Shown here in pieces: positions 17,214 through 20,000 of a DNA stretch of 20,000 nt. Under the pieces are notes generated by a model that saw nothing but the letters and a program-made list of their open reading frames with translations, searched no databases and had not been told where the DNA came from. The number at the start of each line of letters is the position of its first letter. Positions within the stretch are counted from its first letter, which is position 1. Both the position numbers and the translations under genes were made by a program. Source of the stretch: Chrysochromulina tobinii (lineage: Eukaryota); assembly GCA_001275005.1 (NCBI GenBank), contig JWZX01003317.1:45534-65533 (forward strand), read 5' to 3'.

Positions 17214-17747
17214 TCACAGCTCGTCGTTCGCCCTCAGCTTCTGCTCCAGCTCCTGCAGGTTGGGCATGCCGCCGAGGCCCCAGCTTTTCATGTGCTCATC
17301 CTGCTGCCGCTCGAGCTCCTCAAAGACGGCTTCTGGGCCACCCTCGTGCTCGGCTTGCTGCTGCACAAACTTGGCCTGCAGAAGGGCAAAGAACCCATCG
17401 GACTCTTTGCGGCTGACGAATCCATCACCATCCTTGTCCATTTGTGCGAAATCCATACCTTCTTCTGAGCCGCCCATCGCATCGAACTCCTCTTTGCTGA
17501 TTTTCTGGTCCTTGTTCTTGTCCATGATCGGGAAAATCATTCCTGCCATGCCGCTGCCCATGCTGCCAATGCCCCCCATGCCGCCCGTGCCGTCCATGCC
17601 GCCCGGCCCGGCATTGGCCGGCACTGCGCGTGGTTTCTTTTTCTTCACTGTCTTCTCTGCCGAGGCGCCCTTGGGAGGTTTTGAGACGGCTGGAGTCGTT
17701 GCACAGAGCAGGAGAAGCGTCGGCAGGAAGAGATACCCTTTCACCAT
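17214..17747 (-). CDS. Small secretory-pathway EF-hand pair protein with ER-retention signal NDEL
   Basis: Signal peptide MVKGYLFLPTLLLLCATTPAVS, EF loops DKNKDQKISKEE and DKDGDGFVSRKE, a Gly/Met-rich linker, and C-terminal NDEL. Confidence 0.88.
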   Translation of the reverse strand: MVKGYLFLPTLLLLCATTPAVSKPPKGASAEKTVKKKKPRAVPANAGPGGMDGTGGMGGIGSMGSGMAGMIFPIMDKNKDQKISKEEFDAMGGSEEGMDFAQMDKDGDGFVSRKESDGFFALLQAKFVQQQAEHEGGPEAVFEELERQQDEHMKSWGLGGMPNLQELEQKLRANDEL

Positions 17748-18048
17748 CACAGCCGCCGAGGATTCCAGTGCTGGCCTGTCACTGACTCACGAAACTCGAC
17801 GCCGTCGGGTGTCGGCCAAAACTATTGAACTTAGAAAAGTTGTCGTAGTGCGTCACAATGTACATGCACTCCAAAATTGGCCGTTTCTTGCGGAAAGTGT
17901 GTTTTTTGGAAAGTACGTTTGCGGCGGACCTGGGGCGGACACACGCGTCACGCCCGGCCCCTGCCGGCGGGACGGTCTACAGCCTCTCCACATTGCTCAT
18001 TGGCCTGTCTGAGCACTGAGGGGACGTGCACAGTTGTTGTCGCCTTCG

Positions 18049-19674
18049 ATGCACGCATTCATGTCGAATCGTGCGGAGGCTACTGCACCAGACGAGCGAG
18101 CGCAATCTGCTCGCCGTGCTGCTCGCGCCCGGCGGACCCGAGCCCTTGACGCCCTTGACGCCAACAGCTCGTGGGCCATGAGGGACATCCGCGCTGAGGG
18201 CGCTGCGCTCACCGAGGCCGCCACCTCCAACGACGAAGACACTCGTGACCTTAATGCAGATCTCATCGTGCTCACGCATCCCTTTCTGGAGATTCAAGTC
18301 AAGTCGAAGCTGCTGCAAGAGGCCTCTCCAACCGTCCTTGGCCCGCAGACTTCATCCTTATGCACTTGGGCTGGACATACTCCGATGGGCTTACCCAAGC
18401 AGGTGAGGGCATCGCTGAGCATCTCTGACTGCACCGTGGAGGCGCTGCTCGCCTTCGTGGAGCTTGCTGAGATCGCGCTAAGCTATCGTGCGCTGCCGCG
18501 TCCTCGGCGGGTCATCCAGCTGGGCCAGATTTCGCACGGTCTCCTTCGCCGGTACGAGTGCCATCTGCTCCTCGCCGCTGTTCGAGCAGCAGCTCGCCTC
18601 GACCCGCTCGACACGCTGGCGGAGTTGAGAGCACAAGGCGTGTGCGACGCTCCCGTCTTCCACAAGACCTTTGCGGATTGGGACCTGATCTACGGGCAAG
18701 CCACGGGGCACTTCATCACAGATGCCCACCTCACTCGACGCTCCACAGGCGAGCGCATCTTGAGACGATGCGTGCACTGGGCAGAGCATTGGAAAGAGCC
18801 GCCGTCGTTGGCGGCGTCGCAGAGGTTGTGTGCGTTTGCGCTGCTCAGAGCCCTCGTGTCGCTCGATGAGCAGCCCGAGTCCAACTTAGAGTCCAAGCAG
18901 GTGCAGAGGAACTCTCACAACAACTTGCTGTCACCAGTGGACGACGCGCTCGAAAAGGCGGTCGCTCGGGGAGCCGAACAAGGTGTGGTGTGTCCATTGA
19001 GCCATCTGACCTTAGAGTCACCACCACCGTCCTCAGCAGGGCTTGCGGCTCCACTGCCGCGTGCATGGGCAGAGTACGAGCTGCTCCTAGGGCGTGCTGC
19101 CGAGCTTCGAGCCAAACACAAGTACGACGAGGAGAGGCGACTGATGGGTTCGATCCGGCGCCTGGGTTTCAAGCTGGGGCGCGAGGCCCGGCGCGAGGTG
19201 GACGTTGCCACGGGTAGGGGAGGCGCCCATGGAGGGGACCCTCCTCCTCGTCGAGCCGCTCGCACGCTCCCGCCCCATGGAGGTGACCCTGCTCGTCCTC
19301 GTCGAGCCGGAGCCGCTGGTACGCTCCTGCCCACGGATGAAAAGCCGCTCCATGAATGGCCACATGCTCCTCGTCGAGCCTCATCGACGCCACGCTCACG
19401 AATGCACAGCCCGCGACAGCAGCACGACGACCGCCATGATGAGCGCCCACACAGCCCTCGTCCTTGTATGGCTGCCAGCCCCAGAGCTTCCGCAAACCGC
19501 CCGTCGATCCGGCCAGCTCGGCCTTGGGCTGCGGCGCTCGCTGATACAATCGGCGACGGTCCCTCAACTACCGGCACGAGGGGCTCGGACAACGGTGATC
19601 CTGTGGCACGGGCCAAACTGGGCGACCTTGGACGTTTGAGCTTCGAGCTGCCCACGCTCACCTGGACTGGTTGA
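18049..19674 (+). CDS. Hypothetical protein with a helical N-terminal two-thirds and a disordered Pro/Arg-rich tail
   Basis: ORF of ~540 codons with first ATGs at 18049 and 18061. No recognisable domain. Confidence 0.7.
   Translation: MHAFMSNRAEATAPDERAQSARRAARARRTRALDALDANSSWAMRDIRAEGAALTEAATSNDEDTRDLNADLIVLTHPFLEIQVKSKLLQEASPTVLGPQTSSLCTWAGHTPMGLPKQVRASLSISDCTVEALLAFVELAEIALSYRALPRPRRVIQLGQISHGLLRRYECHLLLAAVRAAARLDPLDTLAELRAQGVCDAPVFHKTFADWDLIYGQATGHFITDAHLTRRSTGERILRRCVHWAEHWKEPPSLAASQRLCAFALLRALVSLDEQPESNLESKQVQRNSHNNLLSPVDDALEKAVARGAEQGVVCPLSHLTLESPPPSSAGLAAPLPRAWAEYELLLGRAAELRAKHKYDEERRLMGSIRRLGFKLGREARREVDVATGRGGAHGGDPPPRRAARTLPPHGGDPARPRRAGAAGTLLPTDEKPLHEWPHAPRRASSTPRSRMHSPRQQHDDRHDERPHSPRPCMAASPRASANRPSIRPARPWAAALADTIGDGPSTTGTRGSDNGDPVARAKLGDLGRLSFELPTLTWTG
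19226..19380 (+). repeat. Degenerate ~48-57-bp coding tandem repeat (HGGDP..PRRA...TL.P)
   Basis: cccatggagg[g/t]gaccct at 19226 and 19274, cctcgtcgagcc three times, and acgctcc[c/t]gccc twice. Confidence 0.75.
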
Positions 19675-20000
19675 TGGCGATTCCGCGCGGGGCTGACAAG
19701 ACGACGCCGAGAACGGGCTCCCGGGGTGAATATTTTACTGAGTCGGTGAATAACCTACCGTCGTACCCCGGCCCCGCGTCCATGATGTGTGCAACAGCCA
19801 ACACTAGCAAGAAGTTACTTTTCCTTCCTGCATGCTCACGTGAATGGGTCCCTAAAATGGATTATGAATAAAGGAGGAACCCCAAAAAGGGGCTCAAGGG
19901 ACGATGCCAATGGGTAGGCACCACTAGTCGCGGACCGACGGGGGGGCGCGTTCCCTCGTGGGGCAACTTGATTACGAACTAAACAGCACCTAAACAGTCA

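Noticed and set aside
19905..19928. TGCC..GGCA plus CTAGT as a Helitron 3' end, and a 13/14 match to 2107-2120
   Set aside because: The stem is only 4 bp, and a one-mismatch 14-mer is expected by chance in a window this size.
19940..19985. GCGTTCCCTCGTGGGGCAAC...CGAA reminiscent of an HDV-like ribozyme
   Set aside because: No compatible P1/P2 pairing could be built.
19978..19997. ACCTAAAC(AG) recurring at 19988, 8551 and (reverse) 3346, vaguely telomere-like
   Set aside because: Too short, not arrayed, in inconsistent positions and compatible with chance. The window edge prevents seeing whether an array follows.
1..20000. tRNA, rRNA, snRNA, CRISPR array, transposase or reverse transcriptase, prokaryotic operon or defence system
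   Set aside because: I saw no cloverleaf, conserved snRNA/rRNA motif, regularly spaced repeat or mobile-element protein motif. The gene content is eukaryotic.

Overview
GC-rich, very compact eukaryotic genomic DNA, most consistent with a microalga or protist. Haptophyte-like is an inference from base composition and gene content, not proven. It is not prokaryotic: it encodes TFIIF-beta, a CAMK-type kinase, a LIM domain and an ER-retained protein. About 13 protein-coding genes lie in 20 kb, apparently almost intron-free, with three head-to-head pairs. In order: a truncated Pro/Ala-rich gene end, an FkbM-type methyltransferase, a COMT-like methyltransferase with a mitochondrial-type presequence and substituted catalytic residues, a coiled-coil orphan, an EF-hand-like orphan, a DUF711/UPF0210 protein, an EF-hand Pro-rich protein, an orphan, TFIIF beta, a Ser/Thr kinase, a protein with 2x SH3/KOW-like repeats, a ubiquitin-like domain and a LIM domain, a small secretory EF-hand protein ending in NDEL, and another orphan. 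I found no tRNA, rRNA, CRISPR array or autonomous mobile element, and I cannot support one coherent new multi-gene system. The best leads are the unusual SH3-like/UBL/LIM protein, the putative pseudo-COMT, a hairpin-dense non-coding segment ending in (TTAC)n, apparent single-base frame breaks near the 5' ends of several genes, a palindromic GTACCGGTAC motif upstream of two genes, and tiny inserts flanked by direct repeats.
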